A DNA stretch of 64,000 nt from Blastocladiella emersonii ATCC 22665 (taxonomy: Eukaryota > Fungi > Blastocladiomycota): assembly GCA_025594325.1 (NCBI GenBank), contig JANHCV010000001.1, positions 1,302,001-1,366,000 on the forward strand. Direction: 5' to 3'. Made by a program: the position numbers and the translations under genes. Of this stretch, positions 28,526 to 41,046 are shown piece after piece; position 1 is the stretch's first letter, and each line of letters opens with the position of its first letter. The notes beneath the pieces are model-generated. The model was given only the letters and a program-made list of their open reading frames with translations, was not told where the DNA came from and made no database searches.

Positions 28526-29578
28526 GTGCTCAACTCGGGCGCCAGCGACACGGAAGCGCTCTCGCTCCGCACCACCATGCAGCCCATGATGATCCGACAC
28601 CATGCACTCTCTCTCGCAGTAAAGACTTGCCGCAATCTGAGCACGGCGGCGAGCCTGACAACCCTCACGCCGCGGATCGCGTGGAGCCGCGAGGTGTCTG
28701 GGTCGATCCGCTACGTCTTGAACGGTGGCAACGGCCAGATCGTCCAGGTCGTGCCACGCTTGCCGTCTGGACAGACCGACTCATCAATCGCCACAGTGAC
28801 GACGCACGAGCGCAGTCCCTCGCGCGCGTTCACGTCGGACAAGTTCCAGCTCGTCCGCGTGCCCAACACGACGTGGTCGATCGTCGTCATCCCGGACGAC
28901 TTCTCGGCGATTCTTCCGCCCGTACTCGCTTGGCCCGACGCGTCAGCCATCCCGCCCGGCTCGCCCGATGCCCTGGACTCGATCATACCGCTGTGCAGTC
29001 GCGCCGAGTCGAAGCACCTCGTCGCCGCGCTCGAATCGGTGGCGGGAGTCCACGCGCTGCTCTCTCACTGGCACCCTTCGCCGCTTCTCGCACCGGCGTC
29101 GGATCTGGCGCGTGCGCTCGGCACGGCCCACGACCGAGTGCGCGATCGTGCGCGCACGATGCTTCAGAACAAGGGCTCGGCGACGCTCAAGGACTTGACC
29201 TCGCACGTTGCGCCCGCCGATCGGTACCCCGCGCTGGCGGCGGCACCCGCGATCGCGTGGGCTCTACAAGAGCTGCAAGCGGCGGGCCAAGTTGCTGCGC
29301 CGTCCAGCTCCAAGACGTACCAGTTCACGGCCGCCCACGGCGCGGCGGGGAACCGGCGTGGGTTTGACGCGGTCGAGTCGCAGGCGGGCCCGCTCGACCC
29401 GACAAAGGTGTTTGGACCCGGCGGCCTCTCCATGGCAGCGATCGCTGACAAGATTCGTGCCGCGAGCGAGGCCGACGGGATGACCGTGGCCGCGAAGCCA
29501 GCGACACGGCCTGCACGCGCTGCTTCAGCCAACGCGGCCAGCGTTGACCTTGATGGGGTATGGAAATGGGTCGGCTGA
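28526..29578 (+). CDS. Hypothetical protein (~330-350 aa); start and intron structure uncertain
   Basis: Long ORF filling the gap after gamma-tubulin, with coding-like composition; no family recognised. Confidence 0.5.
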   Translation: MLNSGASDTEALSLRTTMQPMMIRHHALSLAVKTCRNLSTAASLTTLTPRIAWSREVSGSIRYVLNGGNGQIVQVVPRLPSGQTDSSIATVTTHERSPSRAFTSDKFQLVRVPNTTWSIVVIPDDFSAILPPVLAWPDASAIPPGSPDALDSIIPLCSRAESKHLVAALESVAGVHALLSHWHPSPLLAPASDLARALGTAHDRVRDRARTMLQNKGSATLKDLTSHVAPADRYPALAAAPAIAWALQELQAAGQVAAPSSSKTYQFTAAHGAAGNRRGFDAVESQAGPLDPTKVFGPGGLSMAAIADKIRAASEADGMTVAAKPATRPARAASANAASVDLDGVWKWVG

Positions 29579-29762
29579 TGGTCGGAATTTAAGATAGTGC
29601 AATTTTCGAGTATCTTGGCGTCGAAAAAGAGGCTTGATCACTCGCGATGCGAGGCAGGGAAGCTGTAAGGGAAGGGAGGCGTGTGTGACGCGTCCGCTGG
29701 GCCCAGATCGGAGGCCAATTAGAGCACTAAGTCGTCGACCCTCCTACAGCCCGTGAATTAAT

Positions 29763-30152
29763 TCCAATAATTGCGGGACCACTACTAAAATTGCTCACTC
29801 GACATATCCGAGCCGTCTGTGCAATTTCAGCCGGGTCGAACATGTCACCCAATTCAGGAAGCTAAGTCTTAAGTGCGTTTTTCGTCCGAGCGACCAAACC
29901 GAAAGTTTTTTTCAACTTTGCACGGTCGGACGAGTTCTCGGTACCCCGACACCTCGACTCGGAGGTTTTCACATATTCCGGGCCTCCGAAGGTCGCTGAT
30001 CACGAATCTGCCCTCAGAAAAATGTTTCCGATGCATCTTGAATTTAGGCAGCTAAGTCGTGTCACGTGAGCCGAGGCCTTCAGCGCGGCCAGCGACGCGA
30101 CGCTCACGTCCGCGTGACCACGAAGCACGCGTCGGTTTGCTCCCGCCCGTGT
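29763..30152. repeat. 390-bp dispersed repeat, copy A (probable non-autonomous TE or TE end)
   Basis: Ungapped match to 47598-47987 with about 8 mismatches counted by eye; looser similarity extends about 50 bp upstream. Confidence 0.9.
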
Positions 30153-30326
30153 TCGACAACTTGAACGGTACGAGCGCGGAGGCTCCGCGCGAACCAAAGT
30201 GGGCGTCGGTCAAACAATCCTTGGCATGGACGAGCAACGTCGCATCGCTCGCTGATCAGAACGCTCAGTTCCAAGGCATACGCTCACTCAACTCACAATC
30301 CGTACTGAAGAAACGACTTGAATCAA

Positions 30327-33127
30327 TTACGCTCCCCACGGGAACGGCGCCCCGCCCTGCTGCTCCTTGTCCGCTTGCCACTGATTCAAGTGTTTGTCCA
30401 TGATCGCGCGGCTCTCGGCCGAGCCAACGTTTACCGTCGGCACGATCCGCTGCACGCGCAGCCCGCGGACAAAGTGCCGCAGCTCGCGGAAGGAAGAGTG
30501 CTCCGAGTACGAGATCCCGAACATGGCGACGGATGGCCCGACCCACGCGGGCGTCACGTCGCTGAGGTAGATGGCGCGCCGCTGCGGGATCTGCGGTCGC
30601 AGGAGTTGCTGGGTCGATGGTGCGGACGAGGCGGACGCGCTGGTGTCCTTGTCCCCGCCGCCGAACCAGTGGGTGATGGGGCGTTGGCGCGGTGCTGGTG
30701 TCGCCTCAACCGCGCCGGCGCTGCTGCTACTGGCCTTGCTCCCGCCGCCAAAAAAGTCGGTGATGGCGCGCTGCCGCGGTGCCGGCGTCGCGGCCGATCC
30801 CGAGGCACCGCTCGGCGACGGCTGCTGCTTGCCCGCGCCGGCGCCGGCCACCTTGGGGTCAGTGAACGTCCAGCCGGTCGGCTTGATGGCGACGAGGTGC
30901 GAGAAGCGCGTCGCGTAGGTGGCGAGATAGGCGCCGAGCGACTGCGCGTTGACGCTGCCGAGCGGGACGACGTGGACCTGGGCGGCCCAGGGGTCGGCCG
31001 TGTACCGCTCCTGCATCTCGGCGTCGTCGTAGGTGCTGTAGATCTTCCACTTTTTCGCGTCGCAGTAGAACTTGCAGTCGAGCGCCCTGCACACGGCTGG
31101 GTTCTCGCGGGTCAGCGAGGTCGATCCGAAAGGCGGGAAGTGATGTGGGCGTACCGAGAAACACGCGCTCCTTGCCGATCGTGTACGTCCCAACGAGGAC
31201 AAGCAGCCGCGTGACGCGCGTCTTGAAGAGCAGGTCCATGTGCGTGTGCGTGCTCATGACGAAATCAGGCGGGAGGAACGAGTCGTACCCGCCGTCGCTC
31301 GTGTTCGAGGAGCGCGGCAGCGGGGCGCTGCTGGTCCGGTTGTAGTGGCGGTACTTGAGCGGCGGCAGGTACTTGCGGCCGGGTCGACGCCCGAGGACGA
31401 GCGGCGTGTTGCGCGCGATCCGGCTACGCGACACAGTGGTTTGAGACTGACACGACGTGTCACAGTGAATCGAGAGCGTACCGCGTGAGCTCGCCGATCA
31501 AGTCGAGGACGTCGCGCTGCGGCGGAAAGACGTGGCACGGCTTGAGATACGTAGTGTCGAGGAACAGCGAGTCGATGGGCGCCTGCAGCGCGGCGTGCTA
31601 AAGATCGAGCACCCGGTACGTCAGTTTCGCGCGCCACGAAACCGGGACCCGTGTGTACCTCGAGCATGGACGGATGCGCGCGAAAGTCGCCGACGTGCAG
31701 GTGACACGTTCCCGAGGTCGTGCGGAACAGGAACAGGACCGCTCCTGGACAACTGGAAAGGCACGGATGTTAGCGAATACGCTCCGCACGGCGCGATGGA
31801 TAGGGGTACGCAACTGGTTCGCGTCAAAGCACGTCACCTCGACGTCCTCGACCAGAGTCAGCGTGTGAAGCGGGATCGAGTGCAGCAGGTCGACGCGGAC
31901 ACGCGGGAACTGCAGCCGGACGAGACGGTGCGTGATGGGCGACATGAAGATGGGCCCGTGCGTGAAGGTGCCCGAGAGCCCGCCGTAGTGGTCCGAGTGG
32001 AAGTGCGTGAGAAAGTAGGCCGTGCACCCGGGCACGGCGCCGTAGCAGAAGGCGTCGACGGTGAAGGTGGTGTCGGGGATCCACTTGTAGAACGGGCACG
32101 CCCGCTGCTTCTTCGCGCGGCCCTTTTTCGTCGTCGTGACGACAGCCGCGACCTGCGTCACGGTGCGCGCGACTGCGGCGGTGGCCGAAGTGACGAGCGA
32201 GGAGACGTGCTGCGCTGCCCCTCCGATCATGCTCACGAGAGTCGTCGAGGGTGGAGCCGCTGGTTGAGAATCGTGTGAATCCTCGTCACCGACGCCGTCC
32301 GCGAGCGACTCGAGGAACTCGTCGTCGTCGCCGTCGCTCCCGTCCTCATCGTCATCGGCGCGGGCGTTGAACTCGAGCGCGAGCTGCGCAAACACTGCAT
32401 CGTCATCTTCATCCACATCGACGACCTCAGCAGCAGCAGCGTCCGTCCACTGTTCGACCGGTACAAAGTCTGCAAACTCACCAGTGGCAGACGGTGGCGA
32501 TGGTGGCGAAGCCGGATCTACCGATGCCGTCGGATCGCCGACCAGCCCCGCGGTCGTGAGGCACAGCTCGACGTGCTGCTCAAACTACATCCACACGAGC
32601 GATCAGACCCGCCAAAATTGCGCGACATAGCGCTCCATCATACGTCGTCCTGTGTGATAGTCCGCACAGTCTGCAGGCAGATCGGGCACTCGTGCTCCTG
32701 AAGTAGCTGCGCGAGATCCGCGTCGTAGTCGTCGTCCGCGGCAGCAGCCGGCACCGCCGCAACCGGCTGAGCCTGCTTTGGTGCCGGCGGCGGCGGCGGC
32801 ATGACCACGGGCGCACCAGCGGGTGCCGTCTGGAAGTAGCGGTGCAGCGAGTTCTTCGGCGTTGCGGTCGGCGAGGGTTCCGCAGACTTGGACTAGGCGA
32901 CGCTCGCCCGTCAGCACTGCTCCGTGTTCGCAAACATATAGCAAGGCATGTACGGCTTTCGCGCTCTTCGGGCCACCGCTCGTCCGTTGCCGCTTCGTCG
33001 AGCGAGCCGACGAGGACGACGAGGAGGGCGTGTAGTCGCCGTCGGCTGCGTCGTCCACATAGTCTCCGTCCTCATCGACGGGAGCGGCACGGCGGGCCTT
33101 TGGCTTGGCCTTTGCATTAGGTTTCAT
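30327..33127 (-). CDS. PSO2: DNA cross-link repair nuclease PSO2/SNM1A (UBZ + metallo-beta-lactamase + beta-CASP); multi-exon
   Basis: ECPICL..QHVELCL zinc finger, [73 protein letters not shown]. Start uncertain. Confidence 0.92.
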
Positions 33128-33429
33128 TATGTGCGGTGATCCATGGAAGCTGGTGATGAGATTCGGCGAGAGGAGCGGGCGGCCCGTCGCGATGGCCGCG
33201 ACCGCGGTTGCGCTCTGCTCTGACTCGACGCGCGCGTCGGCCCGCTCGCTCGGTCGATGGCCATCGCTCACGGCCATGGTTGCGGCCCATCACGCCAAGG
33301 CTCTCCGTCCGAGTCAACACGCTGGTGAGCAATGTATTCTTACAGCGATGCGACGAAACAACAACGACGAGCGCGAGTCCGAGCGCGGCCTCCCCGCCCG
33401 ACCTCGCGACCACGAAACAAACAAAGACC

Positions 33430-35184
33430 TTACAGGTTGCCCTGGACGAACGCCTGGATCATTTCAAGAGCACCCAAAGGCTGGTTGAACGGGACCATGT
33501 GCCCGGCCTCGAACACGCGGACGTACGTGATGCCACGGGCGGCGATGGTAGCGCCGATCGTCTGCTTGCCGTCGCGCGTGAGGAGCTTGCGCATACGCGT
33601 GCCGCGGCCGAACCCGACGTCGCCTTGCCACGCGAGGTGCGCGAGGGTGGCCTCGGCGCCCGTGTGCGCGCAGATGATGTCTGCGTCGCCGTTGTAGATG
33701 AGGATCGGGATCCCGCGCTCGGCGAGGACCGGCAGCACCGTGTACGAGGGCGTGTCGCCGTTCCAGTACAGGTTCGAGTACACCGGGTACGACAGCCACA
33801 CCCACTCGCGCGCGGGGCCGCGCGGCGTCACGCCGGCCACGTTGAGGGCGAGCTGCACGTCGTGCCGGTTGAGGTACGCGGCCGTGTGCGCGTTGTACGG
33901 GTCGGTGGGATCACCACGGTCGCACTCGGTCACGCGCACATCGTAGAAGGTCGAGAGGCACTGGGCGCCCTTGGTGAGGTCCAGAACGTACTTTGGGTTC
34001 GTGAAACGCGTCGTGAGCGCGTTGCAGTGCGGAATGTCGCGGTTGCGGAACTTGACGGGGTCAGCGAGCTCGGCCGAGCAGGCGTCGCGCAGGGTGAGGA
34101 GCTCGGCGGACTTGGCCGGGTCGCGGAGCAGGCCGCGCGACTCGAAGAAGGAAACCCACACAGCGGGGATGTCGTAGGGCGAGAAGAAGGCGCCGTTGCC
34201 GACAGCAATACCGCCGAGCTGGACGTGGTGCTCGCCCGCCTGGAGCGCGTCGTTGTGGGCGAGGACATGCGAGGCGATCCACGGCACGTACATGCCGCCG
34301 AACGACTCGCCCGTGATAATCCAGTTGAAGGGGTTGGTGCGGCCGGCGCCGAACGCGTCGGTGAAGCCCTGCGCAAAGTGCCAGAACTGCTCACCGACGT
34401 CGTGGATCGTCTTGATGTAGTCGTCCTCGTGCTCGACGGTCGAAAAGCCGACGCCCGCGGGGTTCTCGAGGAACAGCACGTTGCCGGCCTTGTGCCAGCC
34501 AAAGTCGTTGTGCTGGAGCTTGCCCGAGTCCGAGAAGGCGAGCGGGCCGTTCTCGACGAACAGGCCGAACAGCGACGAGGCGCCGGGCCCGCCGTTGAGC
34601 CAGACGATCAGGTCGTCGTTCGGGCGCTCCTCGCGCTCAAAGTACATGAAGAACTCGGTCGAGCCCTTGTCGTCGACCTGGATGTTGCCCGCGTACAGCG
34701 AGTATTCCTTGGGCAGCGTGATCCCAGGCAGCGAGTGCACCTTGAACTGGTCGCGCCGGTACCGCGGCGGCGCCATCTTGGCCTTGGCGACGCGGCCCTT
34801 GTGCGACGACGCCGGGTACAGGACATCGGCGGCGGCCTTGCGCTTGGCCTCGTCGATGCGCTCCTGCGCCTGCGCGGCCAGAACCAGCTCGCGGAACGGC
34901 ACAAACGGCACGTTGGGCAGCTCGGCCTTGGACTTGCGCGCGGGCGACGTGTGCGCATGGTCGTCCTTGTGCAGCGGCGTGAAGGTGACCGACTCGGTGG
35001 CGCCGTGCGTCTGGTCGAAGAGACCGAGGCCGATCCCGCCGCCGCGGCGGTGGCGGCCGTGCGGGGTGCGCTTGGCGAGGGTGGCCGGGGCGAGGACCAG
35101 AACGGCGGCGAGGGCGGCGGCGAGGGCCAGGGCCGCCACGACCGTGAGCGGGCGGCTGCGGCGATGCATGGTGTGGGGTTTCAT
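33430..35184 (-). CDS. Serine carboxypeptidase (S10) paralog B, intact and intronless, with signal peptide
   Basis: WLNGGPGASS, FLENPAGVGFS, GESFGG (Ser), YNGDADIIC (Asp), AGHMVP (His). Confidence 0.93.
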   Translation of the reverse strand: MKPHTMHRRSRPLTVVAALALAAALAAVLVLAPATLAKRTPHGRHRRGGGIGLGLFDQTHGATESVTFTPLHKDDHAHTSPARKSKAELPNVPFVPFRELVLAAQAQERIDEAKRKAAADVLYPASSHKGRVAKAKMAPPRYRRDQFKVHSLPGITLPKEYSLYAGNIQVDDKGSTEFFMYFEREERPNDDLIVWLNGGPGASSLFGLFVENGPLAFSDSGKLQHNDFGWHKAGNVLFLENPAGVGFSTVEHEDDYIKTIHDVGEQFWHFAQGFTDAFGAGRTNPFNWIITGESFGGMYVPWIASHVLAHNDALQAGEHHVQLGGIAVGNGAFFSPYDIPAVWVSFFESRGLLRDPAKSAELLTLRDACSAELADPVKFRNRDIPHCNALTTRFTNPKYVLDLTKGAQCLSTFYDVRVTECDRGDPTDPYNAHTAAYLNRHDVQLALNVAGVTPRGPAREWVWLSYPVYSNLYWNGDTPSYTVLPVLAERGIPILIYNGDADIICAHTGAEATLAHLAWQGDVGFGRGTRMRKLLTRDGKQTIGATIAARGITYVRVFEAGHMVPFNQPLGALEMIQAFVQGNL

Positions 35185-35410
35185 GGAGGGTGCTTGGGGA
35201 GCGAGAGAGAGAGGGTGGGAGCCGCGGTCATTTGTAGGCCCGCCGCTCGTTAGCGCGACGCGTCGAGGTCGGGTGCGAACGGGGTCACGCGGGATGGTCG
35301 CCGTTGGTCGGCCCGGTCCTCTCGTCACGAGGCCGTAACCAACGCGTTTCTCGTCAAATGACGCAATACAGGCTCTAATTAGGATAAGCTAAGGGTTACA
35401 GGGCGCGCGC

Positions 35411-36940
35411 CTACTTCTTGTTGCCCTTGGTGACGTTGAACTTGAAGAAGCATACGTCGCCCGACTGGACAACGTAGTCGCGTCCGCGCGTCGCGTACTT
35501 GCCAGCGGCGCGCACGGCGGTCTCGGACCCGAGGTCGGCGAGGTCGGCGTAGGTCATGACCTCGGCTGCGATGAACCCCTTCTCAAAGTCGGTGTGGATG
35601 ACGCCCGCGGCCTGCGGCGCCTTGCTGCCCTTGCACACGGTCCATGCGCGCACCTCGCCGGGCCCTGCCGTAAAGTAGTTGACGAGGCTCAGGGCCTGGT
35701 ACCCGGACGTGATGATCTGCGGCAGCGCCGACACGGCCTTGGGCCCGAGATCGGCCAGGACCGCGGCGCGCTCCTCGGCGCTCGCGTCGGCGAGCCGCTC
35801 CTCGAGGATGCCGGAGAAGGGGATGATCATGTCGCCGGCTACGCGGTGGGTGGCGGGTCAGTCGCTTGCTGTGAGCGAAGACAAGCACCGTGGTAACGTA
35901 CGGCTGTTCGTGTCGATCCAGGCCTTCATCTCGGACATCATGGGGCTGGCCTTGATGGCGGGCTCGAGGCCCGAGTCGCACACCTCGGCGTACTCGTCCT
36001 CGCTGACGTTGGCGAGGTAGACGACGGGCTTGGCGGTCAGCAGGTGCATCGGGTTGAGGATCTCGATCTCGCGGTTCGTCCAGCTGCCGTGGCGGATATC
36101 CCGGTTCTGCTCGCCGACCCAGTCGAGCGCCTTGAGGACGACGTCGAGCTCCTCGCGGCGCGTCTTTCCCTCGGGCCCCTGGGCCGCGCGCGTCAGCTTC
36201 TTCTTGAGGTCGGCGGCGAGGTTGGCGAGGAACTCGTCGTCCTTGAGCCGCAGCTCGTCGTGGATGATCTCCATGTCGCGTGCGGCGCCGACCGAGTTCT
36301 CGACGTGCACAATGTCCGAGTCCTGGAAGCATCGGACCACGTGGTAGATGCCGTCGACGGCGCGGATGTGGGCGAGGAACGCGTTACCGAGCCCGGCGCC
36401 GCTCGCCGCGCCGCGCACCAGGCCTGCGATGTCGGTGACGGTCAGCTTGGCCGGGATCGCCGACTTGGGCGAGTACATGGCGACGAGGTGGTCGAACCGC
36501 GCGTCGGGGACCGCGACGCGCGCCTCGCTCGGGTCGATGGTCGCGAACGGGTAGTTGGCGGTCAGCACGTTCGAGCCCGTGATGCAGTTGTACACGCACG
36601 ACTTGCCGACGTTGGGCATCCCGACCACGCCGAGCTTGAGGTTGTTGGACGGCCGGCCCAGCAGGAGCTTCTCCTCGGGCTCGTCGCCGCTGCTGCCGGC
36701 AGAGCCCTTCTTGGTCGAGGGGGCAGCGGCGGCAGGCTTCTTCTTGTGCAGCGCCGGCGTCGTCGAGAAGGCGCGGGTCTACGATCCGCCGCGAGGCCGT
36801 CAGTGGCCCGAATCAAGCGAACATCGTGCGACGAGGCATACGAGGGCGCTCAGAAGCGGCGCCGCGAATCTAGCGGTCGCAGCCGCGGCACTGCATGTGG
36901 ACTGGTTGCATGAGGCCCTGAGGCCGGGTCCGAGGAACAT
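35411..36940 (-). CDS. Obg-like ATPase YchF/OLA1 family with mitochondrial-type presequence (YLF2-like); two introns
   Basis: [52 protein letters not shown]. Spliced N-terminus [11 protein letters not shown]...LSAL|[14 protein letters not shown]. Confidence 0.9.
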
Positions 36941-37174
36941 TGCGACGTTGCGAGGGGCCGTTGGAGAGAGGCAGCGGGCCGTGGGTGGCCCAGTCAAAGG
37001 TTGGCGATCACGCATCATGTGAGGTGCAGCAGAGCGTCCCACGGCGCGCCGTGCAGCGATGCGCGTCCCTTCCCTTTCGCACGCTTCCTCCCTGCCCTGG
37101 ATCGACCAGACGGCACCTTCTGCAACGTAGCCGACGCAACGAAACGCACCAACACTACGCATCAACCAGCCACC

Positions 37175-38555
37175 ATGCCTGAGCTCCCCGAGGTCGAGCG
37201 CACGCGGCGCAAGCTCGAGGGCGTCGCGCTGCAGCAGACGGTGGCTTCCATCACCACGGTGGGTACCCCTGTCGTGCGCTTGCGAGTCGCGTCGCACTTA
37301 TCGCGTCCACGGTGCTGCAGATAGAGGACACGATCGTGTACCAGGGCGTGACGCACACGGCCTTTGCCGACGCGATGCGCGGGGCCGCGTTCGCCGCGTG
37401 CCACCGGTACGGCAAGTGGATGTACTCGGAGATGCGTCTGGCGAGCCCGAGCGCGACGCACCGGACCTACTTCTTCCTGCATCTCGGTACGGGTTCCCGT
37501 GAAGTGTGATGGCGCCCTGATCCTCGGCTGACCCTCCGCGCACCAGGCATGACCGGGTCGCTGCGCATCAAGGGCCTCGACAACACCGAGTACCGGTCGG
37601 CCAAGATCAAGTACGACCCCGAGTCCGAGGTGTGGCCGCCCAAGTACGCCCGGTTCGATCTCACGCTCGACGACGGCACCCAGATGGCCTTTTGCGACCC
37701 GCGCCGCCTCGGCAGGGTCATGCTGGTCACGGTCGCCAGCGAGGAGGACCTGTTCCAGGTCGCTCCGCTTGCCGGGCTCGGGTTCGACCCGGCACTCCGG
37801 ATGCCGCCCGCCGACGAGTTTGGTACGCATGCACTGCGCGCTCTCTCTCCCCGCATTCGCCGCGTCTGACTCTCTGCGACTACGTAGCCACCGCGGTCCG
37901 CGCGCGAAAGACGGCCATCAAAGCTCTGCTCCTCGACCAGGCGTTCGCCGCGGGCGTGGGCAACTGGATCGCCGACGAGGTGTGCTACCAGGCGCGCGTG
38001 CACCCGGCGCGCCGCACCAACACGCTGTCGGACGCGGAGCTCGCGGCGCTGCACGCGGCGCTCGACATGGTGATCCGCGAGGCGTGCCTGCTCAATGGCG
38101 AGTACGACAGCTACCCGGCCGGCTGGCTGTTCCACGTGCGGTGGGGCAAGGCCGCCCACAAGAAGATCCTGAGCCCCGACGGCGACCCCGTCGAGTTTGT
38201 CACGGTCGGCGGGCGTACCAGCGCCTTCGTGCCCAAGCTGCAGAAGCTGCGGCCCGCGACGCCCGACCAGGACGCGGCGGCGGCAGACGATGAGAACGCC
38301 ATGGCCATCGACGAGGACAACGTGCTCAAGACGCCCGGCCGGCGGCGGCGGCAACAGCATGCCGCGCAGGAGGCCGAGTCGGAGCTGTCGTCGCTCGAGG
38401 ACAGTGACGAGGAGGAAACGCCGTCGACGCGGAGGCGGCGGCAGCGGCAGCAGCGCATCGACCAGCTGCGGCGCGACGGGGCCAAGCGCAAGGACCCGGC
38501 CGAGCGCAGCGAGTCGCCGTCCGCGTCGCCGCCGCGCAAGCGGAGTCGGACGTGA
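37175..38555 (+). CDS. FPG: Formamidopyrimidine-DNA glycosylase (Fpg/MutM, plant/fungal type); multi-exon
   Basis: MPELPEVE N-terminus, HL|GMTG, DPRRLG, KALLLDQ..AGVGNWIADEVCYQA (H2TH), GGRTSAFVP; acidic/basic tail. Confidence 0.93.
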
Positions 38556-38689
38556 TCGTGTGCTGCTGATGCCAAACAAGAGAAATCGTTTTTCGTACGT
38601 GACTGAGGTGGATTGATTACTTTATATACCGAGGGAGATTGTGGGGAACGCAAAGAAATGAGACAGATACTATGGGGTACGAGACAAGC

Positions 38690-39570
38690 TTACAGGCCGA
38701 GCTTGTAGAGGGTCTCGTAGTAGGACTGGAGGTTTCGCCGCTTGAGGTACTTGAGGACCTTTTCGCGCTTGGAGGTGAGCAGGGTGAGGCCGCGCTTGTT
38801 GTGCACGTCCTTGCGGTGGGTGTCGAGGTGGCGCTGCAGGTTGTTGATGCGGACCGTGAGGACGGCGGCCTGGGCCTCGGGGCTGCCCGTGTCGTTGTGG
38901 CGGCGCGACGTGAGCTCGATGGCGCGCTGCACGTTCCAGTGGCCGACCATCTCGCCGCTGGCCGACTCGAGCGACAGGATGCGGCGCAGCATCGCAAGCC
39001 GCTCCTCGGCCTCCTCGGCGAGCTTAGCGGCACCCGGACCCTGGCCGATCTCGGCCTGCGCGTGGAGCGGCGACTTGAGCAAGCGGCCGATGGAGGCGGT
39101 GTTCGGAGCGATCTCAATCATGCCGGGAGTCGCGGACATGTTGAGGGTGGTCTTGATGTGCTTGATCCAGTTGGGCGACTGGAAGGCGGTCGGGACCATG
39201 CGGTAGATGAAGTGGCGCTCGGCGGGCGACAGGAAGTGCTGGGCCTGGTCGGCAACGGAGCCGGCCGTGTTAACGAGCGGGCGCAGCTCGGGCTTCGGGG
39301 CGGCCGGCGTCGGGTTGGCCTGGGTGATGACGTGCTGGTTCACCATCACGTAGCGCTGGCGGCCGGCCTTCTTCGGCGCGGGTGCGGGCGCAGGCGTGCT
39401 GGGCGACGCCACGGCTACACGCAGAGGGCAGCCGGTCAGTCAGCGGATCGGTCGCTCGCAGGTTCCTCCCTCCCGCGTGCGCGCGAGAGAGGCAGTTGTC
39501 GATTGCATGGGGGTTGGTGGGTCGATCACATACTGGCCAGCGCGCGGCGGGCGACGGCGGTGCGGAGCAT
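38690..39570 (-). CDS. MRPS28: Mitochondrial ribosomal protein uS15m; one intron
   Basis: NDTGSPEAQAAVLTVRINNLQRHLDTHRKDVHNKRGL..KREKVLKYLKR; presequence MLRTAVARRALA. Confidence 0.9.
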
Positions 39571-41046
39571 GGTGGGCACGGCGGATGCACGGAGTTACGT
39601 TGCGGCGGGTTGGCCGGCGATTGCAATACAAGTGCGTCGGGATTCCAAGCTTCGCGACCGCGAGCACGAAGCCGAGTCGCAAGGTGTTGAGGGCGACGTC
39701 GACGGGGGTGGCGGGCGCTCCACGTGGCGCAGCAGCCAGCCAATGGGCGCGCGAGATGCACGCGCACGTGGCTCGCTGCAGATCGTTTCGCTTTGGTCGC
39801 GCTCGCCGTCAGCCCTCGCGGGACAAGGAGACGCTGACGATCGCGACTCGTCGCACTAGCACATCGATCTCGCGAGGGTCACGGTGTGGAGGCGCTCAGC
39901 GTGAGGCCGAGGGGGCCGGGTCTGGCGGACGCGACGACGTGGAGAGGCTGTGGCACCCGCTCGAGCATGGACCATGCGAGAGCTCTCGCCCTGGTCTTGA
40001 TCTAGCCTCCGAGTTCGAGTTGGGGAGCAATCGTTTTTGGTTCTTGAATATGAAGCCACATGGGTTTTCATTTGCGCACAACCACGCGCCCGTGAGCCGC
40101 TCGCCGCGCTCCTTCCTCTCTCCCTCCCTCCCCTCTCCCTCCCTTACTCTTGCCTTCTTCTCACTGCTCGCTGCTCGGCGAGTACACCTGCCGTGCTCCG
40201 CCGCTCTCTGCCCTCGTTGCTCCACTCCTAGGGCAGCGCCCCGCCTAGAGCACTCCGATTGCAGCTCGCCGTCGCCAACGCTGTTGACTGCTGCCCTTGT
40301 CGCCACCACCACGACTGGACTGGTACGCACCGCGCTACGACTAGATCCCCTCCCCTTCTCGACGCCGGCATCAAGTTCGCGCCTTGCCCTGAACCACCGA
40401 GTCGCCCCCACGTCACCGAGGGACCACCCCGCTCCCCGCGCTCAGCCACCGTCCTCCACTCGCGGCGACTCGCGATCCTTCGCGCCCGACTGCGCGTCTG
40501 TGCGCACCGTGCCGTGTTGGCCGTGGCCACGATCACGGCCGCGCGCGGCGGTGCGCTCGCTGCTGCTGTCGCGAGGGTCGGGCGGGCGGGCAAACCAGCG
40601 CACGCACGTCATGCAGGCGCAGCCCGCACCCGAGCGCAAGCTTGCGCCTGGCCAGCTGCAGCGTGATGCATGCCCCTGACGGGCTCGCTTGTTCGCCGCC
40701 GCCGCGGCTTCCGTGTGTTGCCGAGCCGTCGACTTCCGAGGTCGGCCGCTCGCCGCACACGCTGCTGCAAACCACCCGTGCGCGATCTTCGTTTTCAACG
40801 ACGTGACCGCGGTTTCCTCTCGTTTTCAACCTTCCATGTGCTCGCCCTCGCCCTTCCTCCTCGCCCGTACTGACCGCCGTCCTTGGCCGTCGATCCGGTA
40901 GGTGCCGCGAACGCCCGCCTCTCCTGCACGGTTGCGCGCCCAAGCCGCCGCCCCACGCTGCGCCACCACCACCTGCACCTCCACGCACGGCCGCCTGCCG
41001 CCTGCCGCCGTTGCTGCAGGGTCTCGGCCCGATCATCATCTCGATC

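Noticed and set aside
33220-33240. CGCG/ACGCGT (MCB-like) motifs upstream of the DNA-repair gene PSO2
   Set aside because: Such motifs are abundant throughout this GC-rich window and show no evident enrichment here.
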